DNA of 64,000 bases. It comes from Nitrospirota bacterium (GTDB taxonomy: Bacteria > Nitrospirota > UBA9217). A program made the position numbers and the translations under genes. The notes beneath the pieces were generated by a model. The model ran no database searches and had not been told where the DNA came from. It worked only from the letters and a program-made list of their open reading frames with translations. The stretch is from positions 64,001-128,000 of the forward strand of contig CAWJQQ010000001.1 of NCBI GenBank assembly GCA_963845065.1. The letters are read 5' to 3'. Below, one piece after another: positions 32,202 to 42,682 of the stretch (the stretch's first letter is position 1; every line of letters starts with the position of its first letter).

Positions 32202-32416
32202 TAACATTCGATGTTTCATCCCGTAATTGTTATACATTGGCTCCTGCCTTTAACAATACTTTTTTGGTCGATATATCAGGCTTAAAGTAATGAATAATTC
32301 GGAGCTGCCACAATAAGCCGAGCCAATTTGTATTAATATTTGAAATAAAGTGATATAATTAATAAAATAGTTTTGATTTTATAGCAATTGTCCCTTTTCA
32401 CAAGACCGGAAAAGAG

Positions 32417-32629
32417 GTGGGAACAATTACATACAGTATGACATGCAGTTGCGGTGATGTTATGTCGGCCCAAGGTAGCACGAGGGAGGAAGCCGTCAAA
32501 AACTTAAAGGCGATAATGAATGAAGAGTCAGTTTCCGAGCATATGGCACGGAAACACCCGGGAGACAAAATTCCAACTGACGAACAAGTATACGTTATGA
32601 TAGAGCGGGGCTTGAAGGCGGCAGCTTAA
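32417..32629 (+). CDS. small metal-binding protein (DUF1059-like)
   Basis: CSCG...G.TREE...EHMARKH. Confidence 0.6.
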   Translation: MGTITYSMTCSCGDVMSAQGSTREEAVKNLKAIMNEESVSEHMARKHPGDKIPTDEQVYVMIERGLKAAA

Positions 32630-32907
32630 GCCCTCCTGAATAGTTTATGATCGCAAGGCCGGGCAAGCTGCGGTGTGCGGGTTTATTGTCCGCACATCAC
32701 TTGAATCACCAGTGCGTTACGACAAAAAATCTTTAAATTTTTAGAATCTTTTAGCTCGCATGATTATAGATCGAACACTGAACTTCATTATGAAAATTGA
32801 AATATGTCGCTTGAAACATTTGATGTACTCTGCTTCCTATAATCGTTAGAGTTGATAATCATATAAAGGGCACCTCCGAGCATACCGGAACTGTTTTGAT
32901 TCTGGTA

Positions 32908-33138
32908 AACGTGCTTGGTTTTTCCGGACTCTTCCGGTGGAGTCATGGATGCTCGGGCGAAAGCCTTTACCGACGAGATGATGTTCGCCGCGGCCCGAGC
33001 CATTTTAACGCGGCACCCGGAGGGGAGCTCGTGCCGCAACCACTCGACCGCAGCGTGAACGACGCGGTTGCCCGAGCGGTATTCGAGGCTGCGCAGGGGA
33101 AACAGTATATCGCCGCTTGCGACGCTAACGAGGAGTAA
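32908..33138 (+). pseudogene. malic enzyme C-terminal remnant, frameshifted
   Basis: NVLGFSGLFR / GVMDARAKAFTDEMMFAAARAI / ELVPQPLDRSV..AVARAV across two frameshifts. Confidence 0.75.
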
Positions 33139-33140
33139 CC

Positions 33141-34739
33141 ATGAGCCCAGAGAAACAAGACAGCGGTTTAACCATAACAGCGCCTTTGACCGATTCATTC
33201 AAAACCATACTCACCTCCGAAGCGCTGTCGTTTATCGCCTCCCTCGCGCTGGAGTTTGAAGATCGCAGGCAGGGCCTCTTGAAGCGAAGACGGGAGGTGC
33301 ACGCAGCTATCGATGACGGGAGGTTTCCGGATTTTCTGAAAGAGACCAGAGAAATTCGGGAAAGCGACTGGAAAGCGGCGCCTATCCCTTCGGACTTGCA
33401 GGACCGGCGAGTCGAAATCACCGGCCCGGTGGATCGCAAAATGGTGATCAATGCCCTGAATTCCGGGTCTAATACCTACATGGCTGATTTTGAAGACTCC
33501 CACGCTCCCACTTGGGACAATACTATTAACGGCCAAATAAATCTCAGGGACGCCGTCGACGAAACCATCCAGCTGGTTACGCCGGAAGGAAAAGAGTATC
33601 GCTTGGAAAAGAATCGGGCGACGCTTATAGTCCGACCCCGCGGATGGCATTTACTCGAAAAACACGTCGAGGTGGACGGCAGACCCATTGCGGGCGCCAT
33701 CTTCGATTTCGGGCTTTTTTTCTTTCATAACGTGAAAAATCTCATCAAGCGAGGAAGCGGCCCCTACTTTTATCTGCCCAAGCTCGAAAGCCACACCGAG
33801 GCGCGCCTCTGGAACGATATTTTCGTGCGCGCCCAGGCGATGCTCGATATTCCCCGCGGCACTATCAAAGCCACGGTGTTGATAGAAACTATCCTGGCGT
33901 CCTTTGAAATTGACGAGATCATCTACGAGCTCAAGGATCACATGGCCGGATTAAACTGCGGACGCTGGGATTACATTTTCAGCTTTATTAAGCGCTTCAA
34001 AAACATACCGGAATACATTTTCCCCGATCGCGCTCAGATAACCATGACCCGGCCCTGTATGCGCTCCTACACACAGTTGGTCATCAAGACCTGCCATCGC
34101 CGAGGGGTGCACGCCATCGGTGGCATGGCCGCTCAGATCCCCATCAAGAACGACCCCCAGGCAAATGAGCTGGCCATACAGAAAGTCCGTGAGGATAAAA
34201 TCCGCGAGGCACGTGAGGGCCATGACGGCACCTGGGTGGCCCATCCCGGGTTGGTTGCCGTGGCCAAGGCCGAGTTTGACCGACTCATGCCGACGCCCAA
34301 TCAGATACACCGGTTGCGCGAGGACGTACACGTCACGGCGAAAGACCTGCTGGAACTGCCCGGGGGAACCATTACGGAAGGCGGCCTGCGCAACAATGTG
34401 AACGTCGCCATTCAATATATGGCCTCCTGGCTCTCAGGAACCGGTTGCATTCCCATCAATCATCTGATGGAAGACGCTGCCACGGCCGAAATCTCGCGTA
34501 CACAACTGTGGCAGTGGGTGCACCATCCCAAGGGCGTGTTAGACGACGGTCGTAAGGTAACCGTTGAGCTTTTCCGTCGGGTCGAAGAAGAGGAACTGGA
34601 AAAAATCAGGAACGCAGTCGGCACCAGGCAGTTTCAAGGCGGTAATTACAACAAAGCGGCCCACTGGTTGGGCGAAATCATAACCAACGATGAACTGGAA
34701 GAATTTTTGACGTTGAAGGCGTACGATCAGTTGGATTAA
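33141..34739 (+). CDS. aceB: malate synthase A
   Basis: DRRVEITGP, VRPRGWHL, GLNCGRWDYIFS, LMEDAATAEISR. Confidence 0.97.
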   Translation: MSPEKQDSGLTITAPLTDSFKTILTSEALSFIASLALEFEDRRQGLLKRRREVHAAIDDGRFPDFLKETREIRESDWKAAPIPSDLQDRRVEITGPVDRKMVINALNSGSNTYMADFEDSHAPTWDNTINGQINLRDAVDETIQLVTPEGKEYRLEKNRATLIVRPRGWHLLEKHVEVDGRPIAGAIFDFGLFFFHNVKNLIKRGSGPYFYLPKLESHTEARLWNDIFVRAQAMLDIPRGTIKATVLIETILASFEIDEIIYELKDHMAGLNCGRWDYIFSFIKRFKNIPEYIFPDRAQITMTRPCMRSYTQLVIKTCHRRGVHAIGGMAAQIPIKNDPQANELAIQKVREDKIREAREGHDGTWVAHPGLVAVAKAEFDRLMPTPNQIHRLREDVHVTAKDLLELPGGTITEGGLRNNVNVAIQYMASWLSGTGCIPINHLMEDAATAEISRTQLWQWVHHPKGVLDDGRKVTVELFRRVEEEELEKIRNAVGTRQFQGGNYNKAAHWLGEIITNDELEEFLTLKAYDQLD

Positions 34740-34806
34740 GAGCCTTCTTGGGAATAACTTCGCCATGAGGTCATGATAGCAACTAATCAAGGAGAGAGGT
34801 AATGCC

Positions 34807-36147
34807 ATGGAAGAAAATATAGAAGAAAAGGCAATCGAACTCGAAAAGCGCATCTCATGCCATCACATCGACAGCAAGGAGATCAAGGCTCTGGAGCAAA
34901 GCTGGAAAACCGATCCGCGCTGGAAAGGAATTAAGCGGCCGTACACGGCTAGCGACGTCTTGAATTTGAGGGGCACGTTGCAGGTGGAGCACACATTTGC
35001 GGATGCCGGCGCTAAACGTCTGTGGCGCATGATTCACTCTGAAGAATACGTTCCCGCTCTTGGGGCATTGACCGGAAACCAAGCCGTGCAGCAGGTCGAA
35101 GGGGGATTGAAAGCCATTTACGTCAGCGGATGGCAAGTGGCGGCCGACAACAATCTGGCGGGAGAAATGTACCCGGATCAAAGTCTGTATCCCTCCAACA
35201 GCGTTCCCAACGTAGTGCGGCGGATCAACAACGCGCTGCAGCGCGCGGATCAGATCCAGGTTTTGGATTGCCGGGAAAGAGGCCCATACTGGTATGCGCC
35301 GGTCGTCGCCGATGCCGAGGCCGGTTTCGGCGGCCCGTTGAACGCTTTTGAAATAATGAAATCGATGATCGAAGCCGGGGCGGCCGGCGTCCATTTCGAA
35401 GATCAATTGGCTTCCGCAAAAAAATGCGGCCACCTCGGGGGTAAGGTTTTGGTGCCCACCAGTGAATTTATCGTCAAGTTGATATCCGCTCGCCTTGCCG
35501 CCGATATCTGCGGCGTGCCAACGGTGCTGATCGGCCGCACGGACGCCGACGCCGCCAAGTTGATAACCAGCGATATCGATGAGCGCGATCGACCGTTCGT
35601 CATCGGCTCCACGCGTTCGGAAGAAGGCTTTTATTGGGTGAAATCCGGCGTCGAATCGGCCATAGCGCGTGGCGTTGCCTACGCGCCGTACGCCGACATG
35701 ATTTGGTGCGAGACCTCCGAGCCAGACATGAAGCAGGCCAAGCAATTTGCCGAAGGGATTCGTAAGCACTTTCCCGACAAACCGCTAGCCTACAATTGTT
35801 CTCCTTCGTTCAATTGGCAGGCGAGCATGGATGACGCGGCGCTCAAAAGTTTTCAAAAAGAACTGGGCGCCATGGGCTATAAATTCCAATTCGTTACCCT
35901 GGCAGGGTTCCACACCCTTAACTTGGGTATGTTTGATCTCGCCAGCGGCTACCGCAAGGAAGGCATGAAGGCCTATTCCCGTTTCCAACAGGAAGAATTC
36001 AAACACGGAAAAGAAGAAGGGTATATGGCCATCACTCATCAAAAATTCGTCGGGGTCGGCTACTTTGATCGCGTGATGGAAACCGTCAGCGGCGGGAAGA
36101 GCTCCGTCGGAGCGATGAAGGATTCGACGGAACGAGCGCAATTTTAG
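34807..36147 (+). CDS. aceA: isocitrate lyase
   Basis: [11 protein letters not shown] signature, [18 protein letters not shown]. Confidence 0.97.
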   Translation: MEENIEEKAIELEKRISCHHIDSKEIKALEQSWKTDPRWKGIKRPYTASDVLNLRGTLQVEHTFADAGAKRLWRMIHSEEYVPALGALTGNQAVQQVEGGLKAIYVSGWQVAADNNLAGEMYPDQSLYPSNSVPNVVRRINNALQRADQIQVLDCRERGPYWYAPVVADAEAGFGGPLNAFEIMKSMIEAGAAGVHFEDQLASAKKCGHLGGKVLVPTSEFIVKLISARLAADICGVPTVLIGRTDADAAKLITSDIDERDRPFVIGSTRSEEGFYWVKSGVESAIARGVAYAPYADMIWCETSEPDMKQAKQFAEGIRKHFPDKPLAYNCSPSFNWQASMDDAALKSFQKELGAMGYKFQFVTLAGFHTLNLGMFDLASGYRKEGMKAYSRFQQEEFKHGKEEGYMAITHQKFVGVGYFDRVMETVSGGKSSVGAMKDSTERAQF

Positions 36148-36299
36148 TTGCGTTTGCGCTCAATCAGATAGTGCACCAAATGATCCTTCAAACAGTTCAC
36201 GGATGGCTTTTTGGGTGGTCTCGTTGGGATGGCGGGTGCCGGGGCTGGTAAACCGAGTGTTGTACCGCGAGCGCTTGCTGGCTGAGGCTGATACGTATG

Positions 36300-36660
36300 A
36301 GCTGCAAGAGGAACTAGAGGCTGAGGCAGAGAGTCAGACCCCGGTGGACGTTCTGCTATTAGCGTGACCTCCTTTGAGGGAGCCAAGGGCCTCTCAGCAC
36401 AACACATGTACATCATTGGTCTGAACAATGGCGAGTTGCCACATGATCCGGATTCAATCAAGGATCTCGAAATCTGTAAGTTCGTGGTAGGGCTCACCCG
36501 CACGCGCAAAAAGTGCACTCTGATTCACACCGGGAACTTCGCCGGCACCTGGAAGATGCCTTCATCCTTTATCTCGTGGATTAATCCTGCTCGTCTTGAG
36601 TTTATAAAGGTTGACGCACAATATTGGAGACGGCAGGCGGAAGAGACATCGCAGGAATGA
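36300..36660 (+). pseudogene. UvrD-like helicase C-terminal fragment
   Basis: TSFEGAKGL (motif V-like) and FVVGLTRTRK (motif VI-like), no N-terminal domain. Confidence 0.65.
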
Positions 36661-37024
36661 CGCGCAAGCGCTGCACGTCGGTCTCCTCTCTTCATGCTAA
36701 ACTTGATAACACCGCTTTACCAATGTTATCTGGGTGGCTACTCAATAAATGTAGTGACCATCACTAGTGTCCCAACGTTACAGCAATAGATTCAATTGGT
36801 TATCTGCATCGATGTCGTCATTTTCATAATTTGGTGAAGAAAGCACGTGCAAAATGGGCGTTTTCTCGAACTGTGTCACACTTAAAATCTGTAGAATTGT
36901 GTAGATGGTTCGCAAAGTTTAGTAACAACTCGAATTCCTTCACAGAATGATGAATAGCATCAAGGTTGTATGAAAATCCATAAAATTATCTTCATCTGAT
37001 ATCATTGATGATTTAGGCCTTAAA

Positions 37025-37435
37025 TTACTTTTTAATTTTTACTCTCTTGTTCATCATTTTGCCGTATTTATATAAGTCCTCTCGTGAAAGAACGAGTGGT
37101 TCCGCAATCCCATCCTTATTCTCGCAAAACAAAAGTTTATTTCTCTTGGAAATACCGATTTTCCAATCTTTATGACTTGTGATTTCTTGAGTGTCAGAAG
37201 GTTTAGAGGTAGCCTGCCTGTTGCTATGAGTATTATCTTTATCTTGTGTCGCTGATTCAAACATACCTGCAAGTTCTGCCAATTTATATTTGGGCAATTT
37301 TAAAGGGTCGGCATGGTAATCAGTTGCCCGAATATAGATGCAGTTGTCTTTTTGGGAAAATGTAATAGACCAACCGCTACCATCATCGACAACATTAATG
37401 TCATCCATGTAACCCTCCACATAAGACAGATTCAT
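37025..37435 (-). CDS. hypothetical protein
   Basis: ORF with GGAGGG RBS before internal ATG. Confidence 0.55.
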   Translation of the reverse strand: MNLSYVEGYMDDINVVDDGSGWSITFSQKDNCIYIRATDYHADPLKLPKYKLAELAGMFESATQDKDNTHSNRQATSKPSDTQEITSHKDWKIGISKRNKLLFCENKDGIAEPLVLSREDLYKYGKMMNKRVKIKK

Positions 37436-37632
37436 TTTGTAATATGAATCATTATGATTTTAGCACAGCCTTCTTACCCATCCGCTTGGAGCTAGTAGCG
37501 TTATCCCGCATCGGCTTCGCAGGAGTAGGGGAGGTAAGAAAGTGCAGGGGTGTGAAATCGTAGATGGGAATTCCGGGCAAGTTCATGGTTAAGCCGAAAA
37601 GGGAGAGAGGAATAATGTCTTGCAGCTTGGCA

Positions 37633-37974
37633 TTAAAGCTCTGCCTCATCATCCTCCAAAGAATCACCAACAAGGTCAAGAACAATAGAATGAAATTCTA
37701 TTTCGAACCAATGTTTAAACATTTTAACGTCTCGATTCGGAGGCCATCCCTGCTCATCTGTGTACCAATCATTCAACTGTTCCTCAAAAAGACGTTGATA
37801 GAATTCCTGAATTAGCTCTTCTTGGCAGCCATCAGAGGTAATATCGGGCAGAAGATACACGGTTCTATCCTCATCTATGTCATCTTGAGTAATATGTTCG
37901 GACTCGGGAAGAGACAGTATCCAATCTACGAATGGTCGTTTCGCTTTTATAGTGATTGCTGACCGATTGAGCAT
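37633..37974 (-). CDS. conserved hypothetical protein
   Basis: NRSAI..K.KRPFVDW...VYL.P...WP..R...F..WF.IEFHS. Confidence 0.7.
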   Translation of the reverse strand: MLNRSAITIKAKRPFVDWILSLPESEHITQDDIDEDRTVYLLPDITSDGCQEELIQEFYQRLFEEQLNDWYTDEQGWPPNRDVKMFKHWFEIEFHSIVLDLVGDSLEDDEAEL

Positions 37975-38277
37975 TGGATTTACATACCGCCTCTTTCACA
38001 GGGATTATCATCCGTTGGCAAGGGTCATGTGATGTTCCATTCTTTCCTTGAACAGGCTAATGATGGAACGAGTATAGGATAGGCTGAAGAAATTTGCAAG
38101 GCAATGACAGGTTCTATCTAAAGCAGAATTGTCACTCCGTAAAATTGTTTAGTTGAATGTATACCTGATAAGGGATAGCAGGGGATAATAGCGGGTAATA
38201 TACTATTTCTTTTTAAGGCAGGTATCTAACAATATCAAATACAAGGTACTAAGAGCGGATAACCCTATAAAAGTTTA

Positions 38278-38424
38278 AGCGCCTTCACACGGCAGAGGTC
38301 GCTGGTTCGAAGTGTCCTGTTACTGTCCTGTTAAATAAAAGCGTTTTTTAAAGTGCTGTAAGTCCTTGATTTGTGGTGTTGAATAAGGGAGGTGCTTGAC
38401 CACGTGATATGGCGCGCCCCAAGG
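38278..38424 (+). repeat. att-like unit A5 starting with a tRNA-Val(CAC) fragment
   Basis: GCC-TTCACAC-GGCAGAGGTCGCTGGTTCGAA fused to TGTCCTGTTACTGTCCTGTTAA; TAAGTCCTTGATT; spacer TGGCGCG + CCCCAAGG. Confidence 0.85.
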
Positions 38425-38517
38425 TGATGCCGCAGCTTCATTAGGTTAGGCGGTATGAATTCGCATACCGCGTGCAACACCGCCAAGTCACCGCTGGCGG
38501 CCCTATAGAAGGAATGG

Positions 38518-39066
<549 letters not shown>

Positions 39067-39434
39067 TACGTAAGAGTACCTCTAATCATAGGGCAGCCTA
39101 ACCAGTGTATATCTAGTTAGGGCCAAGTCGTAAAGAACGAATTTCCGTTGTTTACTAGTTTAGCAATGATTGTGTCATGTTAGCTCAATAATAGAAAAGA
39201 CTATATTCCTGACAGCCGCAGTTGTCAATATTCAGAGAGGGGTATGTCCAGAGAGGGGTATTTGAGGAGTATCAGTTATTTAATTCCGGATGAAATTGTG
39301 ATTGTTGTTAAAAATGGCAACTCCACTACTTCAGGAAGAAGCCAATGACAGTTACGCTTTTTAAAAATTGCGGCCTCCACCTACTATTGAATAATCTGAC
39401 TGATTCAAACAGACTGCGAAATACAGGGAGAAAC

Positions 39435-39486
39435 GTACAATGCTCGGGTGAGGTGGAGAAAGCCCCTTGCGACCATCTGGTTGGGC
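39435..39486 (-). other. degenerate attC site
   Basis: GCCCAAC...AGGGGCTTTCTCCACCT...CCCGAGC-ATTGTAC; R' mutated. Confidence 0.4.
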
Positions 39487-39538
39487 ATTATTGTTTGGGG
39501 TTAGTATTGCTCGACCAGGCCCGCTAAACTCTCACCGA

Positions 39539-40144
39539 TCATTTTGATTCTAATTGTCCCAGGAACACCTGAGTAAGCGCAGCCTTAAGATCCTCTTCAA
39601 GATGCTTTGTTCCTCGCAGCACAAAAGCGCCGGTATTCCTCCAGTGAATATCCACATCCGAATCAAGGGAGCCGCTGTTGACGTCGAGTATCCTGACTCG
39701 TACCACGGCCTCAGACCCTCCTTCCCACAGGATCGGTGAGAGATAGATCATCAGGAGAGGCCCCAGTTCTTCGATGCGGAGAAGGATGATCTTATTGTAT
39801 CTATCCGGGAGAACTGATGCAAGTTTAATGGTTTCTATGTCAGAGAGTGTGACCGGGTCACGGCCAGCCAGGGTTCTCAAAACCGAGGTTTTTGCGTAAC
39901 AAGACCGGCTACTGAAGAACTGTGAGATGGCCTTCGATGCTTTCTCCTCACGGAGCTGCTTTTCTTTCTGGTTCGTGCGCCACGCTGTTCCCCAGAGGAC
40001 GAGCGCACTATCCTGTATTGTGTTAATCTGGCAGAGCGGAGCGGTTTCACCGGTTGCATGGATTGCCGTCTGCGTTAAAGCACAACCGGATAATAAAAAA
40101 CTAACTACCATCAAATACGTAAGATGTAAATGAATTATGTTCAT
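39539..40144 (-). CDS. hypothetical lipoprotein (probable cassette)
   Basis: lipobox LSGC; flanked by attC-like sites. Confidence 0.7.
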   Translation of the reverse strand: MNIIHLHLTYLMVVSFLLSGCALTQTAIHATGETAPLCQINTIQDSALVLWGTAWRTNQKEKQLREEKASKAISQFFSSRSCYAKTSVLRTLAGRDPVTLSDIETIKLASVLPDRYNKIILLRIEELGPLLMIYLSPILWEGGSEAVVRVRILDVNSGSLDSDVDIHWRNTGAFVLRGTKHLEEDLKAALTQVFLGQLESK

Positions 40145-40385
40145 GGTTGGACCTCTCCAGCAATTATCGAGTTTCGCATCGGGTTACCCGATATGGGGCT
40201 TTAATAGTCATATACTCAGCAATTTGCGAAAGACACAACTACCGCTGACGATAGGAAGGATTACGCACTACAAACTTCTATCGGTATTCCTCACTGCACC
40301 GAGAGTCTAGGCTCTCCACAGATCACCTACAAGCATGCAGTGGCGTTGACTTAAAATCAATGCATGATACTACATGAAAATTGCG

Positions 40386-40445
40386 CAGGAACGGCTCCGC
40401 TGAGGGGCCTGATTTTCGCGACCCTCTCGAGCCGAATGGTTAAAA
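40386..40445 (-). other. attC site
   Basis: TTTTAAC-CATTCGGCTCGAGAGGGTC..GGCCCCTCAGCGGAGCC-GTT imperfect palindrome directly after stop codon. Confidence 0.7.
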
Positions 40446-40449
40446 AATT

Positions 40450-41043
40450 TCACTGCGAATCAGTTTTTTTTCTCAGCTTTTCTAAAGAACGAGCAGCTGT
40501 AGAATTTGTCGGATCGATTTTCAATATCTTTTCATACTCGTTCTCGGCGTATTTCTCATCTCCGCCAGCTTCATAAGTCTGCGCCAGCTTAAAATGAAGT
40601 TCAATATTGTGGGGGAGAGGTTCAAGCTCAATAGCTTTCTTGTAGTTTTCAGCGGCCCTTTTTAATCTATTTGAGGAAAATAGTTTAGATTTTAGGTATA
40701 TGTCGCCGAGAGTCTCATAAGGCAGAGACCATCGCGGATTAAGCCGTGTTGCTGCTTCAAGACAGCTTACAGAACTTCTATAATCGCGCACAATCCAATA
40801 GACTTGTGCTAGCTTGTAATAGCATAAGAAGCAATTTGGATCGACTTTTAGAGCATCATAATACTTATCGATAGCGTGCGAATAATCTTGTTTATTTGCC
40901 AGTTTATCGCCTTCTGTAACAAGTGAGTTTACAGAGGTCGAATTCATTTTTTGAGTATTTGTTTTGTTGTCTTTATCGCAAGCGATTACAAGACAGATTA
41001 ATAAACAAAATAATATAATGTTCTTTGTTTTGGATTTACGCAT
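40450..41043 (-). CDS. TPR-repeat lipoprotein (cassette)
   Basis: lipobox VIAC, several TPR motifs (A..Y..AL..DP). Confidence 0.85.
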   Translation of the reverse strand: MRKSKTKNIILFCLLICLVIACDKDNKTNTQKMNSTSVNSLVTEGDKLANKQDYSHAIDKYYDALKVDPNCFLCYYKLAQVYWIVRDYRSSVSCLEAATRLNPRWSLPYETLGDIYLKSKLFSSNRLKRAAENYKKAIELEPLPHNIELHFKLAQTYEAGGDEKYAENEYEKILKIDPTNSTAARSLEKLRKKTDSQ

Positions 41044-41055
41044 AAGTTATTTCTC

Positions 41056-41115
41056 GACTAACGCGCGCCTGACGCGCCGCCGTATGGCGCGTCGCTATCG
41101 AGACGCAGGTTAATT
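41056..41115 (-). other. attC site
   Basis: AATTAAC-CTGCGTCTCGATAGCGACGCGCC..GGCGCGTCAGGCGCGC-GTTAGTC, 60 bp, next ATG 13 bp later. Confidence 0.78.
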
Positions 41116-41230
41116 CATAAGCACCACCAATTGAGTCTATCCTTTTTATGATTCCAATAGACATTGATCATCGCTTTCTTCGCCACCTACTTCTATTCCA
41201 TTGCATATCCCGAACCTCTCGAACGATTAA

Positions 41231-41842
41231 TTATTTACGGTCAAGAAGTTCCTTGACTTGCTTTTTCACTTTCGAAATGAAAATTGGATATTTATTATTG
41301 CCATAAGAAACCTGCGCTGCTATGTTTTTATCCGACTGCTGATTCAATCGAGCGATAAGCGCCTTTTTCTCTTTTTCGCTTCGTGTTGGCTTGACAGTTA
41401 ATGATTCAACATCGATAACGATTGGAATAAAGAAAATATCATCAGAGGGAGGCGAAGACACTTCCCAACCGTCGCAAACGTCACATAAAGTCGCAATGTA
41501 TTTCCCATTTATGTATTTTAAAGTATCGTTCTCATGTACAAATTCGACAGAGTCTATATTCTGATCAAGCAGTTTCTTTCCCTTGTTACCTTGGAACTTG
41601 AATATCTTGAGGAGGTTTTCTGAATGATCTCCATCTCCACCATATCTTGCCTGATAAATAAGTAGAATTGACTTATCACGTGAGTGAAAGACATTGACCC
41701 TATCCGCACCAAATATCCTATTTTTGTAAAAAGGATGAGACACATCAACTTTGCTTAATAATTCCCTGGAATCATTGTCCTTGGCAAACACTGCGAAGGG
41801 TGCCAGGATTAAGATTAATATCATTATTAGAGTTCGTTTCAT
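41231..41842 (-). CDS. hypothetical exported protein (cassette)
   Basis: signal peptide, CDVC motif, followed by attC. Confidence 0.7.
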   Translation of the reverse strand: MKRTLIMILILILAPFAVFAKDNDSRELLSKVDVSHPFYKNRIFGADRVNVFHSRDKSILLIYQARYGGDGDHSENLLKIFKFQGNKGKKLLDQNIDSVEFVHENDTLKYINGKYIATLCDVCDGWEVSSPPSDDIFFIPIVIDVESLTVKPTRSEKEKKALIARLNQQSDKNIAAQVSYGNNKYPIFISKVKKQVKELLDRK

Positions 41843-41859
41843 GTGTTACCTCACTTAAA

Positions 41860-42335
41860 TAACATGAGCAAGTTCTATACGTGGATTGACCGCTACGGCA
41901 AGGCCAATGAGCATAACGCTCCCATTCCTCGGGATTTTTGGCTGGAAGAGTGGAAACGGGAAGCCATCATCGGTTTTTATCACGATAACCCCCTTGAGGG
42001 TTACCGCCGGCTCACCTTCATGATGCTCGACCGGAATATCGTTGCTGTAAGTCCCGCCAGCACATGGCGCATTTTGTTCAAAGCTGGCCTTATGGATCGG
42101 TGGAACAAGAAAATCAGCAAACAGGGAACGGGCTTTGTCCAGCCCCTTCTGCCCCACGAGCATTGGCATGTAGATATCTCGTATCTCAACATCTGTGGCA
42201 CGTTCTACTATCTCTGCTGCCATCTCGACGGGTGCAGCCGCTATATCGTGCACTGGGAGATTCGTGAACAGATGCTGGAAGCTGATGTGGAAATCATCAT
42301 CGAGCGGGCCAAAGAGAAGTTCCCGGAAGCCAGGC
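41860..42335 (+). pseudogene. IS3-family transposase internal fragment
   Basis: GYRRL, WHVDISY, LDGCSRYIVHW (rve core); both ends missing. Confidence 0.85.
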
Positions 42336-42474
42336 CGGTGCTACCATTGGCGTTGTAGGTCACGGTGTATGTCTGTATGATTGCTGCTGTACCGCCTCCT
42401 CCGCTACCGCCACAGGCAGCCAGCAGGACTACCACGAAAAGAACCAGAACCAATATACTGAATAACCGTTTCAT
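42336..42474 (-). pseudogene. 5' stub of an InlB B-repeat lipoprotein truncated by the IS3 fragment
   Basis: MKRLF..LAACGGSGGGG..TYTVTYNANGST paralogous to neighbours. Confidence 0.8.
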
Positions 42475-42579
42475 ATTGCCCTCCTCGGAGAATTGTCAGC
42501 CGATACCCTGTGCTCATTCGAACAACACCTAGCGTTTTTCTTGAAGTGAAAAGGTTTTGTTGATAAATCACCGCCTAAA

Positions 42580-42650
42580 ATAAAAAAGCCGAGCAAGCCG
42601 AAAGAACTCATCCTTTGGCAACTCGGCTGTTTTGGTCTTTTAAGACCAGT
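42580..42650 (-). promoter_or_regulatory. 3' half of GEMM-I riboswitch plus terminator (5' half missing)
   Basis: GGTCTTAAAAGACCAAAACAGCCGAGTTGCCAAAGGATG...GCTCGGCTTTTTT aligns with 49575-49645. Confidence 0.7.
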
Positions 42651-42682
42651 ATACTTCCGGTTTCTTCGTCATGGAAGGCGTT

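Noticed and set aside
34855..35769. 304-aa antisense ORF, and similar shadow ORFs over aceB, recQ, jetC and the IS1380 transposase
   Set aside because: Lie opposite well-supported genes; typical antisense-frame artefacts.
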